From NCBI RefSeq assembly GCF_050320075.1, contig NZ_CP190018.1: DNA of 64,000 bases. One strand, written 5' to 3'. Below are positions 42,757 through 55,234 of this stretch, one piece after another. The notes under the pieces are model-generated. The model did not search any database. It saw only the letters and a program-made list of their open reading frames with translations, and had not been told where the DNA came from. This stretch comes from Escherichia coli (GTDB lineage: Bacteria > Pseudomonadota > Gammaproteobacteria > Enterobacterales > Enterobacteriaceae). The position numbers and the translations under genes are program-made. Position 1 is the first letter of the stretch, and the number at the start of each line of letters is the position of its first letter.

Positions 42757-45432
42757 TTACTTCAACATATTACGAATGACATAATGCAAAATGCCGTCGT
42801 TCTGGTAGTAGGTCAACTCCGTCGCGGTGTCGATACGACAACGGCAGGGTACGACTTCCTGGCTACCATCCGCGCGCGTAAACGTCACCGGAACCGTCGC
42901 GCCGGGTTGTAGACTTTGCAGATCGACAATATCAATCTTCTCTTCCCCGATTAGCCCTAACGTTTTACGCGTCACGCCTTGCGGAAATTCTAGCGGCAGG
43001 ATGCCCATGCCAATTAAATTCGAACGGTGAATTCGTTCAAACGATTCGGCAATCACCACACGAATTCCAAGCAGACGAGGACCTTTTGCCGCCCAGTCAC
43101 GGCTGGAGCCTGATCCATACTCTTTCCCGGCAATCACCGCCAGCGGCGTTTGCTCCTGCTTATAGCGCATCGCGGCATCATAAATAGAGATGACCTCGCT
43201 GTCAGGTAAATGCCGCGTCATCCCCCCTTCAACGCCAGGCACCATTTCATTACGGATGCGAATATTGGCGAAGGTGCCGCGCATCATCACTTCATGGTTA
43301 CCACGCCGCGAACCGTAGGAGTTAAAGTCTTTTCGCTCAACACCCCGGCCTTGTAGATATCGACCCGCTGGGCTGTCGGGCTTAATACTGCCCGCCGGAG
43401 AGATATGGTCAGTGGTGACTGAATCCCCAAGCATTGCGAGGATCCGCGCACCGTGAATATCTTCCACAGGTGCTGGTGTTGCCTGCATTTCATCAAAGAA
43501 AGGCGATAAGCGAATATAGGTTGAATCCTCCTGCCAACCGTAGGTATCGGATCGTGCGACGTTAATTTCCTTCCACTCTGCTATGCCTTCAAAAACTTCT
43601 GCGTACTCTTTACGGAACATTTCTGTGGAGACTTGTTCTACCGCACGGGCAATTTCTTGTGCCGATGGCCAGATATCTTTCAGATATACCGGATCGCCTT
43701 TGCGATCGTGACCAATAGGCTCAGATGCGAGGTTGATATTCATATTTCCCGCCAGCGCATAGGCAACCACCAGCGGCGGCGAGGCCAGCCAGTTGGTTTT
43801 AACCAGCGGATGGATACGGCCTTCAAAGTTACGGTTGCCGGACAGCACTGCACCGACGGTTAAATCGCCTTTTTTGATTGCCGTTTCGATAGGATCGGGC
43901 AGCGGCCCAGAGTTACCAATACAGGTGGTACAACCATATCCCACAAGGTTAAACCCCAGTTCGTCGAGATACGGTGTCAATTTCGCTTTTGCCAGATAGT
44001 CAGAAACAACTTTCGAGCCTGGTGCCAGCGACGCTTTGACCCACGGTTGCCGCTTGAGGCCCAGAGTTACGGCTTTTTTCGCCAGCAAGCCTGCGGCCAT
44101 CAGCACACTTGGGTTAGAGGTATTGGTGCACGACGTTATCGCTGCAATGACCACAGCGCCATCAGGTAACTGATACTGATGTCCGTTCATAACATAATCG
44201 ACCGGCTGGCGATCTTTATGCGTGGCATTTACTTCCAGTTCGTTACTGGCGGCAAATGCTTTTGGTACATCGGGCAGTGCAACGCGATCCTGTGGGCGTT
44301 TTGGCCCTGCCAGGCTCGCTTCAACGTCATTCATATCCAGTTCTAACGTACTGGTAAAAATCGGTTCATCGCCCGGGTTACGCCACATGCCCTGCGCTTT
44401 GGCGTATTTTTCGACCAACTCGACCTGATCTTCACTGCGCCCGCTTAAACGCATGTAATCGAGGGTGACAGCATCGATTGGGAAGAAGCCACAGGTGGCA
44501 CCATATTCTGGCGACATATTGGCAATGGTGGCGCGATCCGCCAACGGTAGTGAATCCAGACCATCACCATAAAATTCGACGAATTTCCCCACCACGCCAT
44601 GTTTGCGCAGCATTTGGGTAACGGTGAGAACCAGGTCTGTGGCGGTAATACCTTCACGTAATTTTCCGGTGAGTTTAAAGCCCACTACGTCCGGGATAAG
44701 CATGGAAACCGGCTGACCTAACATTGCGGCTTCTGCTTCGATCCCCCCCACGCCCCACCCCAGCACGCCAAGGCCGTTGATCATGGTGGTGTGCGAGTCA
44801 GTACCAACGAGTGTATCCGGATAAGCAATCCATTCACCGTCCTGCAATTCGCTCCACACTGCTTTGCCGAGATATTCGAGGTTAACCTGATGGCAAATGC
44901 CTGTGCCTGGCGGCACGACGCTAAAACGACTGAACGCCTGCTTTCCCCATTTCAGGAACACATAACGTTCGTGGTTGCGCTCCATTTCCAGGCGCACGTT
45001 TTCTTCAAATGCCTCATCATCACCAAAACGATCGACGGTCACCGAGTGGTCAATGACCAGGTCGACCGGTGAGAGCGGGTTAACCTTTGCAGTATCGCCG
45101 CCGAGGCGTTTAACCGCTTCGCGCATTGCCGCCAGATCAACAACGGCAGGTACGCCGGTAAAGTCCTGCATCAGCACCCTTGCCGGGCGGTAGGCAATTT
45201 CACGGTCAGCATGGGCATTTTTCAGCCATCCCGCCAGCGCGTAGATATCCTCTTCGGTAACCGAGTTACCATCCTGCCAGCGCAGCAGGTTTTCGAGCAA
45301 AACTTTGAGTGACTTAGGCAAACGGGTGATATCGCCCAGTGATTTGGCAGCAAGCGGCAGGCTGTAGTAGTGGTAAGTTTTATCTTTGGCCTGCAACGTG
45401 TCCTTACTGGCTTCTCGTAGGGTTGACGACAT
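42757..45432 (-). CDS. acnA: Aconitate hydratase A
   Basis: 891 aa, [34 protein letters not shown]…. Confidence 0.95.
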   Translation of the reverse strand: MSSTLREASKDTLQAKDKTYHYYSLPLAAKSLGDITRLPKSLKVLLENLLRWQDGNSVTEEDIYALAGWLKNAHADREIAYRPARVLMQDFTGVPAVVDLAAMREAVKRLGGDTAKVNPLSPVDLVIDHSVTVDRFGDDEAFEENVRLEMERNHERYVFLKWGKQAFSRFSVVPPGTGICHQVNLEYLGKAVWSELQDGEWIAYPDTLVGTDSHTTMINGLGVLGWGVGGIEAEAAMLGQPVSMLIPDVVGFKLTGKLREGITATDLVLTVTQMLRKHGVVGKFVEFYGDGLDSLPLADRATIANMSPEYGATCGFFPIDAVTLDYMRLSGRSEDQVELVEKYAKAQGMWRNPGDEPIFTSTLELDMNDVEASLAGPKRPQDRVALPDVPKAFAASNELEVNATHKDRQPVDYVMNGHQYQLPDGAVVIAAITSCTNTSNPSVLMAAGLLAKKAVTLGLKRQPWVKASLAPGSKVVSDYLAKAKLTPYLDELGFNLVGYGCTTCIGNSGPLPDPIETAIKKGDLTVGAVLSGNRNFEGRIHPLVKTNWLASPPLVVAYALAGNMNINLASEPIGHDRKGDPVYLKDIWPSAQEIARAVEQVSTEMFRKEYAEVFEGIAEWKEINVARSDTYGWQEDSTYIRLSPFFDEMQATPAPVEDIHGARILAMLGDSVTTDHISPAGSIKPDSPAGRYLQGRGVERKDFNSYGSRRGNHEVMMRGTFANIRIRNEMVPGVEGGMTRHLPDSEVISIYDAAMRYKQEQTPLAVIAGKEYGSGSSRDWAAKGPRLLGIRVVIAESFERIHRSNLIGMGILPLEFPQGVTRKTLGLIGEEKIDIVDLQSLQPGATVPVTFTRADGSQEVVPCRCRIDTATELTYYQNDGILHYVIRNMLK

Positions 45433-45595
45433 AGCTCCTCCTTAATGACAGGGTTGCGAAGCCCTGATTCTCTTCAGGGTGAATATTAAAGATAACACAA
45501 ACATCGCGTAACGATTTGATAACAACCCAAATTGATAAAAGAGGAGAAAGCTTGTGGCAAAACAAATGAAAACCCCGCCGCAGCGGGGTCAGGGA

Positions 45596-45691
45596 TCAGT
45601 GAGTAATGATCCAGAGGAGTTCGGCCCAGAAGAGCATCGACAGAGAAAATGCGCCCATCCAGGACCAATATTTCATATTTGTGTTGATCAT
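45596..45691 (-). CDS. Candidate 31-aa hydrophobic small protein (MINTNMKYWSWMGAFSLSMLFWAELLWIITH)
   Basis: Short ORF below the track's length cut-off, found by hand in the acnA upstream region; an AAGGTG-like motif lies ~7 nt upstream; single predicted TM helix. Whether it is translated is unknown. Confidence 0.35.
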   Translation of the reverse strand: MINTNMKYWSWMGAFSLSMLFWAELLWIITH

Positions 45692-45804
45692 AGGCTACAC
45701 CTTTAACGGTTATTACTTTGTGTTGAGATAACTCAACCTGTTATTGCTGCGGTGTATTAAAAGCCCTGTAATTCATTAAAAATGGGTAATAAGAATGATG
45801 ATAA

Positions 45805-45972
45805 TTATTGTTTCGGCTGATCATCTTCAGCAAACAGTTCTATAAAGGCTTGCTGCTGCGATGTTAGTTGCCAGTCGTCTGGAATAACGACGGAACATTC
45901 CCGTTTCGTTTCTGTTTCATTGTCACTATGCTGGCATAATGGTGACGACTCCAGTTGCTCCTGACCGACCAT
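45805..45972 (-). CDS. yciX: Small protein YciX
   Basis: The in-frame start MVGQEQLESSPLCQHSDNETETKRE… gives 55 aa, the K-12 YciX length as I recall it; position between cysB and acnA. Symbol assignment is from memory. Confidence 0.6.
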   Translation of the reverse strand: MVGQEQLESSPLCQHSDNETETKRECSVVIPDDWQLTSQQQAFIELFAEDDQPKQ

Positions 45973-45974
45973 AG

Positions 45975-46115
45975 TTATCCCCACACTTTCCAAATCAGCA
46001 GTGCGACAACCACCCAGAAAAGTGCAGAACCAAGAAAAACCGCCAGCCAGGCTTTACGTTTTAATTCAGGATCGCGGCGGGGTTCCTGATTTCCAGAAGG
46101 CATTGCTAACCTCAT
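45975..46115 (-). CDS. ymiA: Small membrane protein YmiA (46 aa)
   Basis: Hand-found ORF MRLAMPSGNQEPRRDPELKRKAWLAVFLGSALFWVVVALLIWKVWG with one TM helix; ends 3 nt before the yciX start. Symbol assignment is from memory. Confidence 0.55.
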   Translation of the reverse strand: MRLAMPSGNQEPRRDPELKRKAWLAVFLGSALFWVVVALLIWKVWG

Positions 46116-46433
46116 ATAATCGCCATCACTTATCAGAAAGACGTTGAACGATTGGTGTAATTAATCATACGATGAGACAAATCCTAAAGAAACTTTAGTC
46201 AAAAATCCAGCGAATTTACGAATCGTCTCCAGTGAATAATTCAATCTTTTGACCTGAAATAGATATTTGAAAACTGGAGTTTGCGAGGCGGGTAATTAGA
46301 CACTACTTTACAGGTAATTTACCCTATAAATATGAGGGATAAAAATATTGTGCACGGTATACAAATAAGCAACAAAAGAGAATATATTCCGGCACCTTCG
46401 CTACATAAAAGGTGCCGAAAATAACGCAAGAAA

Positions 46434-47432
<999 letters not shown>

Positions 47433-47562
47433 TCAGAACATCGTTTTTTCGTCACACCTGGCGGGTGACTAATACGATTTAATAATAAAAAAGGTGCTAA
47501 CTATAACCACTATATCATTTATAGCCTTAGTGTATAGGTGTGAAGAAAAAATAATATGCAAT

Positions 47563-47590
47563 AAAAAAGGGCCGCTTTCGCGACCCTTTG
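47563..47590 (-). terminator. Intrinsic terminator of topA
   Basis: On the minus strand, hairpin aagggtcgc-gaaa-gcggccctt followed by a T-run, ~30 nt after the topA stop. Coordinates approximate. Confidence 0.6.
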
Positions 47591-47617
47591 TTTATAAAAA
47601 CCTGACAGAATTAAAGG

Positions 47618-50215
47618 TTATTTTTTTCCTTCAACCCATTTGCCATCAACATAAAATGCTGACCAGCCAGTCGCCTTTCCGTCTTTTTCCGAAGAGACAT
47701 ATTGCTGTTTGGTTTTACGGCTAAAGCGAACCATGGTCTTATTACCTTCCGGATCCTGCTGTGGCGCATCGGCCAGATAACGCAGTTTTTCCGGCAGACG
47801 GTCGCGGAAGCGATAAAGCTCTTCCACCAGTGGCGCACGTGTTTCACGCGATTTCGGGAAGGTATTGGCCGCCAGGAACACACCGGCAGCACCGTCACGC
47901 AGCACGAAATAAGCATCTGATTTTTCGCACGGCAGCTCCGGTAATGGCACCGGATCTTCTTTCGGTGGTGCCACTTCGCCGTTACGTAAAATCTTACGCG
48001 TGTTTTTACACTCTTCGTTAGTGCAGGCCATGTATTTACCGAAACGCCCCATTTTCAGGTGCATTTCAGAGCCACATTTTTCACACTCAACGATCGGGCC
48101 GTCATAACCTTTAATGCGGAATTCGCCCTCTTCGATCTCGTAACCGTCGCAGGTTGGGTTATTACCACAGACATGCAACTTACGTTTCGGATCGATGAGA
48201 TAGCTGTCCATCGCCGTGCCGCATTTCGGGCAACGACGTTTTGCGCGCAGCGCGTTGGTTTCAGCGTCTTCGCCTTCCAGCACGTTCAGCACTTCGTTTT
48301 CCGGCACCAGGTTAATGGTGGTTTTGCAACGCTCTTTCGGCGGCAGCGCATAGCCAGAACAGCCAAGGAATACCCCGGTGCTCGCTGTGCGAATCCCCAT
48401 TTTGCGACCACAAGTCGGGCAGTCAATGCTGGTCAGAACCATCTGGTTCGGGCGCATCCCCCCCTCTTCCGGATCTTTTTCAGCTTTATCTAACTGCTGG
48501 GTGAAATCCGAGAAGAAGTGATCCAGTACAGCTTTCCACTCTGCTTCGTGATTTGCCACCTGGTCGAGGCTGTTTTCCATCTGTGCGGTGAAGTCGTAGT
48601 TCATTAACTCATGGAAATTTTCTTCAAGGCGATCGGTGACAATTTCACCCATTTTTTCCGCGTAGAAACGACGATTTTCTACTCGCACATAGCCACGATC
48701 CTGAATGGTCGAAATGATCGACGCATAGGTAGACGGACGACCGATGCCGCGTTTTTCCAGCTCTTTAACCAACGATGCTTCACTGAAACGCGCTGGCGGC
48801 TTGGTAAAGTGCTGGGCTGGTGTCAGTTCAACGAGTGTCAAAGCATCGCCTTTATCGACTGCCGGTAAGATACGATCTTCATCGCCTTTACGCAGCGCAG
48901 GCATCACTTTCGTCCAGCCATCAAAGCGCAAAATACGACCGCGTGCTTTCAGGCGGAAATCGCCCGCACCAACGGTCAGCGTCGTGGAGTCATATTTCGC
49001 TGGGGTCATCTGGCAGGCAACGAACTGACGCCAGATTAACTGGTACAGTTTCTGCGCATCTGCTTCCATATCCTTCAGCGATTCCGCCATCACATTGACG
49101 TCAGAAGGACGAATCGCTTCGTGCGCTTCCTGTGAGTTTTCTTTGCTGGCGTACTGATTCGGACTTTCCGGCAGATATTTCTTACCAAAATTATCGCTGA
49201 TATAACCGCGAACCATATTTACCGCGTCCTGACTCAGGTTGGTGGAGTCGGTACGCATGTATGTGATATAGCCAGCTTCATACAAACGCTGCGCCATCAT
49301 CATGGTTTTTTTCACGCCAAAACCAAGACGGGTGCTGGCAGCTTGTTGCAGCGTAGAGGTAATAAAAGGAGCGCCAGGTTTACTGGTTGTCGGTTTGTCT
49401 TCACGTTCCAGCACGCTGTAGCGCGCTTTTTCCAGCAGACTTACCGCAGCCTGAGTTTGTTCTTTGTTGACCGGACGGAACGGTTTGTCGTTCTGATGAG
49501 TCACCTGCAACGCCAACGCTTCACCAGATGGCGTGGTCGTGCTGGCATCGACTTCCCAGAACTCTTCCGGTACGAACGCTTTAATTTCACGCTCACGCTC
49601 GACCACCAGGCGGACCGCCACCGACTGCACACGACCGGCAGACAGACCACGAGCGATCTTTTTCCACAGCAGCGGCGAAACCATATACCCCACCACGCGG
49701 TCCATAAAGCGACGCGCCTGCTGGGCATTAACACGATCAATATTCAGCTCACCTGGTTTGTTAAATGCCTGGCGGATCGCGTTTTTAGTAATTTCGTTAA
49801 ACACCACTCGGCTATAGCGCGCATCATCACCACCAATCACTTCCCGCAGGTGCCATGCAATGGCTTCCCCTTCGCGGTCAAGGTCGGTTGCGAGATAGAT
49901 GTGGTCGGCTTTTTCAGCCAGTTGTTTCAGTTCAGAGACGACCTTCTCTTTACCAGGCAACACTTCATAGTGCGCCTCCCAATTGTGCCACGGGTCAACC
50001 CCCATACGGTTGACGAGAGCGCCACGTTCATCCTTTTTAGGCTTTTTAGCCGTCTTGGTGGAGGTAGAGTCGGCACTCTTTTTGGCAGCTGAGCCACTGG
50101 TCGGCAAATCGCGGATGTGACCGACGCTGGATTTCACCACGTAGTCACTACCCAGATACTTGTTGATCGTTTTGGCTTTTGCCGGGGACTCAACGATGAC
50201 AAGAGCTTTACCCAT
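47618..50215 (-). CDS. topA: DNA topoisomerase I
   Basis: Track ORF starts at an upstream GTG; the in-frame ATG ([27 protein letters not shown]…) gives 865 aa; C-terminal zinc-ribbon Cys clusters present. Confidence 0.95.
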   Translation of the reverse strand: MGKALVIVESPAKAKTINKYLGSDYVVKSSVGHIRDLPTSGSAAKKSADSTSTKTAKKPKKDERGALVNRMGVDPWHNWEAHYEVLPGKEKVVSELKQLAEKADHIYLATDLDREGEAIAWHLREVIGGDDARYSRVVFNEITKNAIRQAFNKPGELNIDRVNAQQARRFMDRVVGYMVSPLLWKKIARGLSAGRVQSVAVRLVVEREREIKAFVPEEFWEVDASTTTPSGEALALQVTHQNDKPFRPVNKEQTQAAVSLLEKARYSVLEREDKPTTSKPGAPFITSTLQQAASTRLGFGVKKTMMMAQRLYEAGYITYMRTDSTNLSQDAVNMVRGYISDNFGKKYLPESPNQYASKENSQEAHEAIRPSDVNVMAESLKDMEADAQKLYQLIWRQFVACQMTPAKYDSTTLTVGAGDFRLKARGRILRFDGWTKVMPALRKGDEDRILPAVDKGDALTLVELTPAQHFTKPPARFSEASLVKELEKRGIGRPSTYASIISTIQDRGYVRVENRRFYAEKMGEIVTDRLEENFHELMNYDFTAQMENSLDQVANHEAEWKAVLDHFFSDFTQQLDKAEKDPEEGGMRPNQMVLTSIDCPTCGRKMGIRTASTGVFLGCSGYALPPKERCKTTINLVPENEVLNVLEGEDAETNALRAKRRCPKCGTAMDSYLIDPKRKLHVCGNNPTCDGYEIEEGEFRIKGYDGPIVECEKCGSEMHLKMGRFGKYMACTNEECKNTRKILRNGEVAPPKEDPVPLPELPCEKSDAYFVLRDGAAGVFLAANTFPKSRETRAPLVEELYRFRDRLPEKLRYLADAPQQDPEGNKTMVRFSRKTKQQYVSSEKDGKATGWSAFYVDGKWVEGKK

Positions 50216-50594
50216 ATTCACCTTACCTAATTTGATTCTTCCAGGAATGCGTCGCACGTTGATAAACCTTCCACTGGCAACGAGTTACCGATATGGACTC
50301 GCTCTCTGCGGATATCAACCCCTTGTCGTGACTCTGTTCACGAAAATTCAGGTGACTGAGTTAACAGGTCTTGGCCTACAGGCGCTATAGCACGACGGAA
50401 TTTTGGTCGAATGTCAAGCAAATCTATTGCCAGATTGACGAAAGCGTCACACTGTACCTGATAAAATCCGATACGCAACTTTATTAGCATGCAAAATCCA
50501 AAGTTGCCAGTAAGGCGCTCTTGCCACCAGCGTGGTATATTTGTCTGCAAGCCATGCCTGGCGTAGACTAATGTCCTTGTTTAAGGAGTAAATA

Positions 50595-50846
50595 ATGAAC
50601 AAAGAGACACAACCCATCGACCGCGAGACGCTGTTGAAAGAGGCCAACAAAATCATTCGTGAGCATGAGGATACGCTCGCAGGGATTGAAGCCACCGGCG
50701 TCACGCAGCGTAATGGCGTGCTGGTATTTACCGGCGACTACTTTTTAGATGAACAAGGATTGCCAACAGCCAAAAGCACCGCGGTGTTTAATATGTTCAA
50801 ACACCTGGCCCATGTGCTTTCAGAAAAATATCACCTGGTTGATTAA
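50595..50846 (+). CDS. yciN: Small protein YciN (DUF2498)
   Basis: 83 aa, [36 protein letters not shown]…; aggag upstream. Confidence 0.85.
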
Positions 50847-50881
50847 AGCAAAACGCGAGGTCTTAGCCTCGCGTTTGTCTT

Positions 50882-51931
50882 TTACATCAATGGCTTTTGA
50901 CCCCGCTGCCACCAGCGTAGCAACAATCGATCGGCGCTCTCTGCCGCGCTGCCGGTGAATCGGTCAATGAGTCGTTTACGCTGCATATAGCGTACATTGA
51001 CCACTTCACGGCCTTCCATCAGGCTAAGAATAACTTCATCACTGGTGTTGATTTCATCAACCAGGCCTTTCTCTACCGCCTGTTGTCCGTACCAGTGTTC
51101 ACCCGTTGCCACCTGTTCAATATCCAGAGACGGACGCATACGCTTCACAAAATCTTTAAATAACTGATGCGTTTCGTTCAGCTCTTCGCGGAATTTCTCC
51201 CGCCCTTCTTCGGTATTTTCACCCAGCAACGTCAGCGTGCGCTTATACTGCCCGGCGGTGTGCAGTTCGATATCAATATCTTTGCTTTTCAGGAAGCGGT
51301 TAAAGTTGGGCATTTGCGCCACCACGCCAATAGAACCCACAATAGCAAACGGTGCGGAAACAATTTTGTCTGCCACACAGGCCATCATGTAACCGCCACT
51401 GGCAGCAACTTTGTCTACCGTAACAGTTAAAGGAATGTTTTTATCACGCAGACGCTGCAGCTGCGAAGCCGCCAGCCCGTAACCATGCACCATGCCACCA
51501 GGGCTTTCCAGACGTAGCACAACCTGATCCTGCGGTTTGAATGCTGCGAGTACCGCCGTTATCTCTTCACGTAGCGAGTTCACTTCATGGGCGTCCATGC
51601 TGCCTTTAAAATCCAGCACCCAGACGCGAGGTTTACTGTCAGTTGCCACCTCGCCCAGTTTGGCTTTCGCTTTTGCTGCTTTCGCTTCTTGTTTGTGCTT
51701 TTTCTTCTGCGTTTTGTGCCACTGTTTTTGCTGATGAGTGTCCATCAGCGCCGCAGCCAGTTCTTCTTTCATCTCCTTATACTGTTCGCTGATATTGTTG
51801 ACCCGTAACTCGCCACGCTGGCGTTTATTACGTTGAGCAACATTGACAATAATGGCGGCAATCGCCGCAATCGCTAGCACAACGGTAACGATTTTCGCCA
51901 AAAACAAACCATATTCAGACAACAATTCCAC
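50882..51931 (-). CDS. sohB: S49-family periplasmic protease SohB
   Basis: 349 aa; N-terminal TM segment, Lys-rich linker, ClpP/SppA-type peptidase domain. Confidence 0.9.
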   Translation of the reverse strand: MELLSEYGLFLAKIVTVVLAIAAIAAIIVNVAQRNKRQRGELRVNNISEQYKEMKEELAAALMDTHQQKQWHKTQKKKHKQEAKAAKAKAKLGEVATDSKPRVWVLDFKGSMDAHEVNSLREEITAVLAAFKPQDQVVLRLESPGGMVHGYGLAASQLQRLRDKNIPLTVTVDKVAASGGYMMACVADKIVSAPFAIVGSIGVVAQMPNFNRFLKSKDIDIELHTAGQYKRTLTLLGENTEEGREKFREELNETHQLFKDFVKRMRPSLDIEQVATGEHWYGQQAVEKGLVDEINTSDEVILSLMEGREVVNVRYMQRKRLIDRFTGSAAESADRLLLRWWQRGQKPLM

Positions 51932-52150
51932 GAGTCCCCACCTTGGTTAAACAACGCTTTGGCTCACAGTTTACAACAGGCATGTTAAGCCGTCTCGCAG
52001 AGATGTTATTGCAGCGAAAGTATGACAAAGTATCCATTTTGCGGTGTTATCGCCCCAGGCTGATTGAAATGCCCTTCTGTTTCAGGCATAAAGCCCCAAA
52101 GTCATAAAGTACACTGGCAGCGCGACAGACAACGTCGTTGAGGAGTAGCC

Positions 52151-52909
52151 ATGCATTACCAGCCAAAACAAGATTTACTCAATGATCGCATTATCCTAGT
52201 GACGGGAGCCAGCGATGGTATTGGCCGTGAAGCCGCGATGACGTATGCACGCTATGGTGCGACAGTGATTCTGTTGGGCCGTAATGAAGAAAAATTACGT
52301 CAGGTAGCCAGCCACATAAACGAAGAAACTGGACGTCAGCCACAGTGGTTTATTCTCGATTTGCTGACCTGCACGTCCGAAGATTGCCAACAACTGGCAC
52401 AGCGCATTGCCGTTAATTATCCGCGTCTGGATGGTGTTTTGCATAATGCCGGATTGCTCGGCGATGTTTGCCCAATGAGCGAACAAAATCCGCAGGTCTG
52501 GCAGGACGTCATGCAGGTCAACGTTAATGCCACCTTTATGCTCACCCAGGCACTGCTTCCTTTATTACTCAAATCGGACGCCGGTTCACTGGTCTTTACT
52601 TCATCAAGCGTTGGACGTCAGGGACGAGCCAACTGGGGCGCATATGCAGCGTCGAAATTTGCCACCGAAGGGATGATGCAGGTACTGGCCGATGAATATC
52701 AGCAGCGCCTGCGCGTCAACTGCATTAACCCAGGCGGTACGCGCACCGCAATGCGGGCCAGCGCCTTCCCGACCGAAGATCCACAGAAACTTAAAACACC
52801 CGCTGATATCATGCCGCTCTACCTCTGGCTGATGGGCGATGACAGCCGCCGTAAAACCGGCATGACCTTTGACGCCCAACCGGGCCGTAAACCAGGAATT
52901 TCCCAATGA
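52151..52909 (+). CDS. yciK: Short-chain dehydrogenase/reductase YciK
   Basis: 252 aa; Rossmann motif VTGASDGIGRE and catalytic YxxxK (YAASK). Confidence 0.9.
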   Translation: MHYQPKQDLLNDRIILVTGASDGIGREAAMTYARYGATVILLGRNEEKLRQVASHINEETGRQPQWFILDLLTCTSEDCQQLAQRIAVNYPRLDGVLHNAGLLGDVCPMSEQNPQVWQDVMQVNVNATFMLTQALLPLLLKSDAGSLVFTSSSVGRQGRANWGAYAASKFATEGMMQVLADEYQQRLRVNCINPGGTRTAMRASAFPTEDPQKLKTPADIMPLYLWLMGDDSRRKTGMTFDAQPGRKPGISQ

Positions 52910-53496
52910 GTGATGAACGCTACCAACAGCGTCAGCAGCGAGTGAAAGAAAAAGTCGATGCTCGTGTGGCCCAGGCCCAGGATGAACGCGGTATTATCAT
53001 CGTTTTTACCGGCAATGGAAAAGGCAAAACCACCGCGGCATTTGGTACGGCAACTCGTGCAGTAGGCCATGGCAAAAAAGTGGGTATCGTGCAGTTTATT
53101 AAAGGCACCTGGCCTAATGGCGAGCGCAATCTACTGGAGCCACATGGCGTTGAGTTTCAGGTGATGGCAACGGGCTTTACCTGGGATACACAAAATCGCG
53201 AATCTGATACCGCGGCCTGCCGTGAAGTCTGGCAACATGCCAAACGAATGCTGGCCGATCCTTCACTGGATATGGTTTTGCTCGATGAGCTGACTTATAT
53301 GGTGGCGTATGATTATTTGCCACTTGAAGAAGTGGTGAAGGCGTTAAATGAACGTCCACATCAGCAAACCGTCATTATTACGGGTCGTGGTTGTCATCGG
53401 GATATACTTGAACTGGCGGATACGGTAAGTGAATTACGCCCCGTGAAACATGCGTTTGATGCCGGTGTAAAAGCGCAGATAGGGATTGACTACTAA
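52906..53496 (+). CDS. btuR: Cob(I)yrinic acid a,c-diamide adenosyltransferase
   Basis: 196 aa; P-loop GNGKGKTTAAFG; overlaps the yciK stop. Confidence 0.9.
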   Translation: MSDERYQQRQQRVKEKVDARVAQAQDERGIIIVFTGNGKGKTTAAFGTATRAVGHGKKVGIVQFIKGTWPNGERNLLEPHGVEFQVMATGFTWDTQNRESDTAACREVWQHAKRMLADPSLDMVLLDELTYMVAYDYLPLEEVVKALNERPHQQTVIITGRGCHRDILELADTVSELRPVKHAFDAGVKAQIGIDY

Positions 53497-53501
53497 GTGA
53501 A

Positions 53502-53531
53502 AGCACCTCAAAAGAAGCCTCTTGAGGTGCT
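53502..53531 (+). terminator. btuR intrinsic terminator hairpin
   Basis: Perfect 10-bp stem agcacctcaa / ttgaggtgct with an 11-nt loop, followed by ttt; the IS1 end starts about 6 bp downstream. Confidence 0.6.
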
Positions 53532-53592
53532 TTAATCGGTAATGGTGCCAACTTACTGATTTAGTGTATGATGGTGTTTTTGAGGTGCTCCC

Positions 53593-53868
53593 GTGGCTTC
53601 CATCTCCATCAGTTGTCCCTCCTGCTCAGCTACTGAAGGCGTGGTGCGTAACGGTAAAAGTACTGCCGGACATCAGCGCTATCTCTGCTCTCACTGCCGT
53701 AAAACATGGCAACTGCAGTTCACTTACACCGCTTCTCAACCCGGTACACACCAGAAAATCATTGATATGGCCATGAATGGTGTTGGATGCCGGGCAACCG
53801 CCCGCATTATGGGCGTTGGCCTCAACACGATTTTACGTCACTTAAAAAACTCAGGCCGCAGTCGGTAA
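53593..53868 (+). CDS. insA: IS1 InsA (transposition inhibitor / N-terminal part of the transposase)
   Basis: 91 aa, [43 protein letters not shown]…; differs at a few positions from the InsA sequence I recall (V4I, D15E). Confidence 0.9.
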   Translation: MASISISCPSCSATEGVVRNGKSTAGHQRYLCSHCRKTWQLQFTYTASQPGTHQKIIDMAMNGVGCRATARIMGVGLNTILRHLKNSGRSR

Positions 53869-54290
53869 CCTCGCGCATACAGCCGGGCAGTGATGTGATT
53901 GTCTGCGCTGAAATGGACGAACAGTGGGGCTACGTCGGTGCTAAATCACGTCAGCGCTGGCTGTTTTACGCGTATGACAGGATACGGAGGACGGTTGTGG
54001 CGCACGTCTTCGGTGAACGCACTCTGGCCACACTGGAGCGTCTTCTGAGCCTGCTGTCGGCCTTTGAGGTCGTGGTATGGATGACGGATGGCTGGCCGCT
54101 GTATGAATCCCGCCTGAAGGGAAAGCTGCACGTAATCAGCAAGCGTTACACTCAGCGCATTGAGCGACATAACCTGAATCTGAGACAACATCTGGCAAGG
54201 CTGGGACGGAAGTCACTGTCGTTCTCAAAATCGGTGGAGCTGCATGACAAAGTCATCGGGCATTATCTGAACATAAAACACTATCAGTAA
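53787..54290 (+). CDS. insB: IS1 InsB (transposase C-terminal part, expressed as an InsAB' fusion by -1 frameshift)
   Basis: 167-aa ORF in the -1 frame relative to insA; contains the A-run region where IS1 frameshifting is known to occur. Confidence 0.85.
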   Translation: MPGNRPHYGRWPQHDFTSLKKLRPQSVTSRIQPGSDVIVCAEMDEQWGYVGAKSRQRWLFYAYDRIRRTVVAHVFGERTLATLERLLSLLSAFEVVVWMTDGWPLYESRLKGKLHVISKRYTQRIERHNLNLRQHLARLGRKSLSFSKSVELHDKVIGHYLNIKHYQ

Positions 54291-54358
54291 GTTGGAGTCA
54301 TTACCGCTTCAAATGAAGAAAAGGCCCCGCAGGGCCTTTATTTTATACTTATCTTAAA

Positions 54359-55234
54359 TTAACCGTTATTATTACGTCCACCAGAACGACGACCGCCGCT
54401 CACCTGACTGTGACGCTTAACCGCTCGACGAATCTGATTCGCCTTCATACGACGACGGTCTTTTTCTACAGCGACTTTAGAGCTGGTTTCTGGCGGTAGC
54501 TCCACCAGTTCGCGCAGATAGTTAGTCTGGGCGAGGTCCAGCTCCGTCCAGCCACCGCGTGGCAGACCTTTCGGCAGTGGGATATCACCGTAACGAACAC
54601 GGATCAGGCGGCTTACCTGCACACCAACCGCTTCCCAAAGACGACGAACTTCACGGTTACGGCCTTCGGTCAGAGTAACGTTGTACCACTGGTTGATCCC
54701 TTCGCCGCCGCTGAACTTGATGGTTTTAAAGGCTGCCGGACCATCTTCCAACTGCACGCCACGACTCAAATCACGCAGTTTCGCGTCGTCAACCTGACCA
54801 AATACACGCACGGCATATTCACGTTCAACTTCACGGCTTGGATGCATTAAGCGGTTTGCCAGTTCACCGTCGGTGGTAAACAGCAGCAGACCGCAGGTAT
54901 TAACGTCCAGACGACCCACGGCAATCCAGCGCGCACCGCGCAGCTTTGGCAGACGGTCAAACACCGTTGGACGCCCTTCCGGATCGTTACGGGTACACAA
55001 CTCACCTTCCGGTTTGTAATAGGCCAGAACGCGACAAATTTGTTCAGCGGACTCACGTACCGAAATAAGGTGACCATCGATACGGATTTTCAATCCAGGG
55101 GTAACTTCAACGCGATCGCCGAGTTTAGCAATTTTGCCATCAACACTCACACGACCGGCTTCAATAATAGATTCGATTTCACGGCGAGAACCGTGGCCGG
55201 CACGCGCCAGCACTTTCTGTAGCTTTTCGCTCAT
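54359..55234 (-). CDS. rluB: 23S rRNA pseudouridine(2605) synthase RluB
   Basis: The in-frame start [34 protein letters not shown]… gives 291 aa; S4 domain plus RsuA-family catalytic domain; Arg/Gly-rich C-terminus. Confidence 0.9.

Larger units (their letters stand above)
53538..54305 (+). mobile_element. IS1 insertion sequence (~768 bp), variant isoform
   Basis: Terminal inverted repeats ggtaatggtgccaacttactgat… (left) and …aagttggagtcattacc (right) match the IS1 ends; encodes InsA and InsB in the canonical overlapping arrangement. Right end is ±2 nt. Confidence 0.9.

Noticed and set aside
49343-50092. 249-aa ORF on the plus strand
   Set aside because: Antisense within topA; Arg/Phe-rich, no ribosome-binding context; shadow ORF.
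53522-53589. Possibility that the repeated ttgaggtgct 10-mer marks a longer IS1 boundary or a second partial IS1 end
   Set aside because: The upstream copy is the 3' arm of a perfect btuR terminator hairpin, and the IS1 inverted repeat clearly begins at ggtaatggtg; treated as coincidence or microhomology and mentioned under the IS1 finding.
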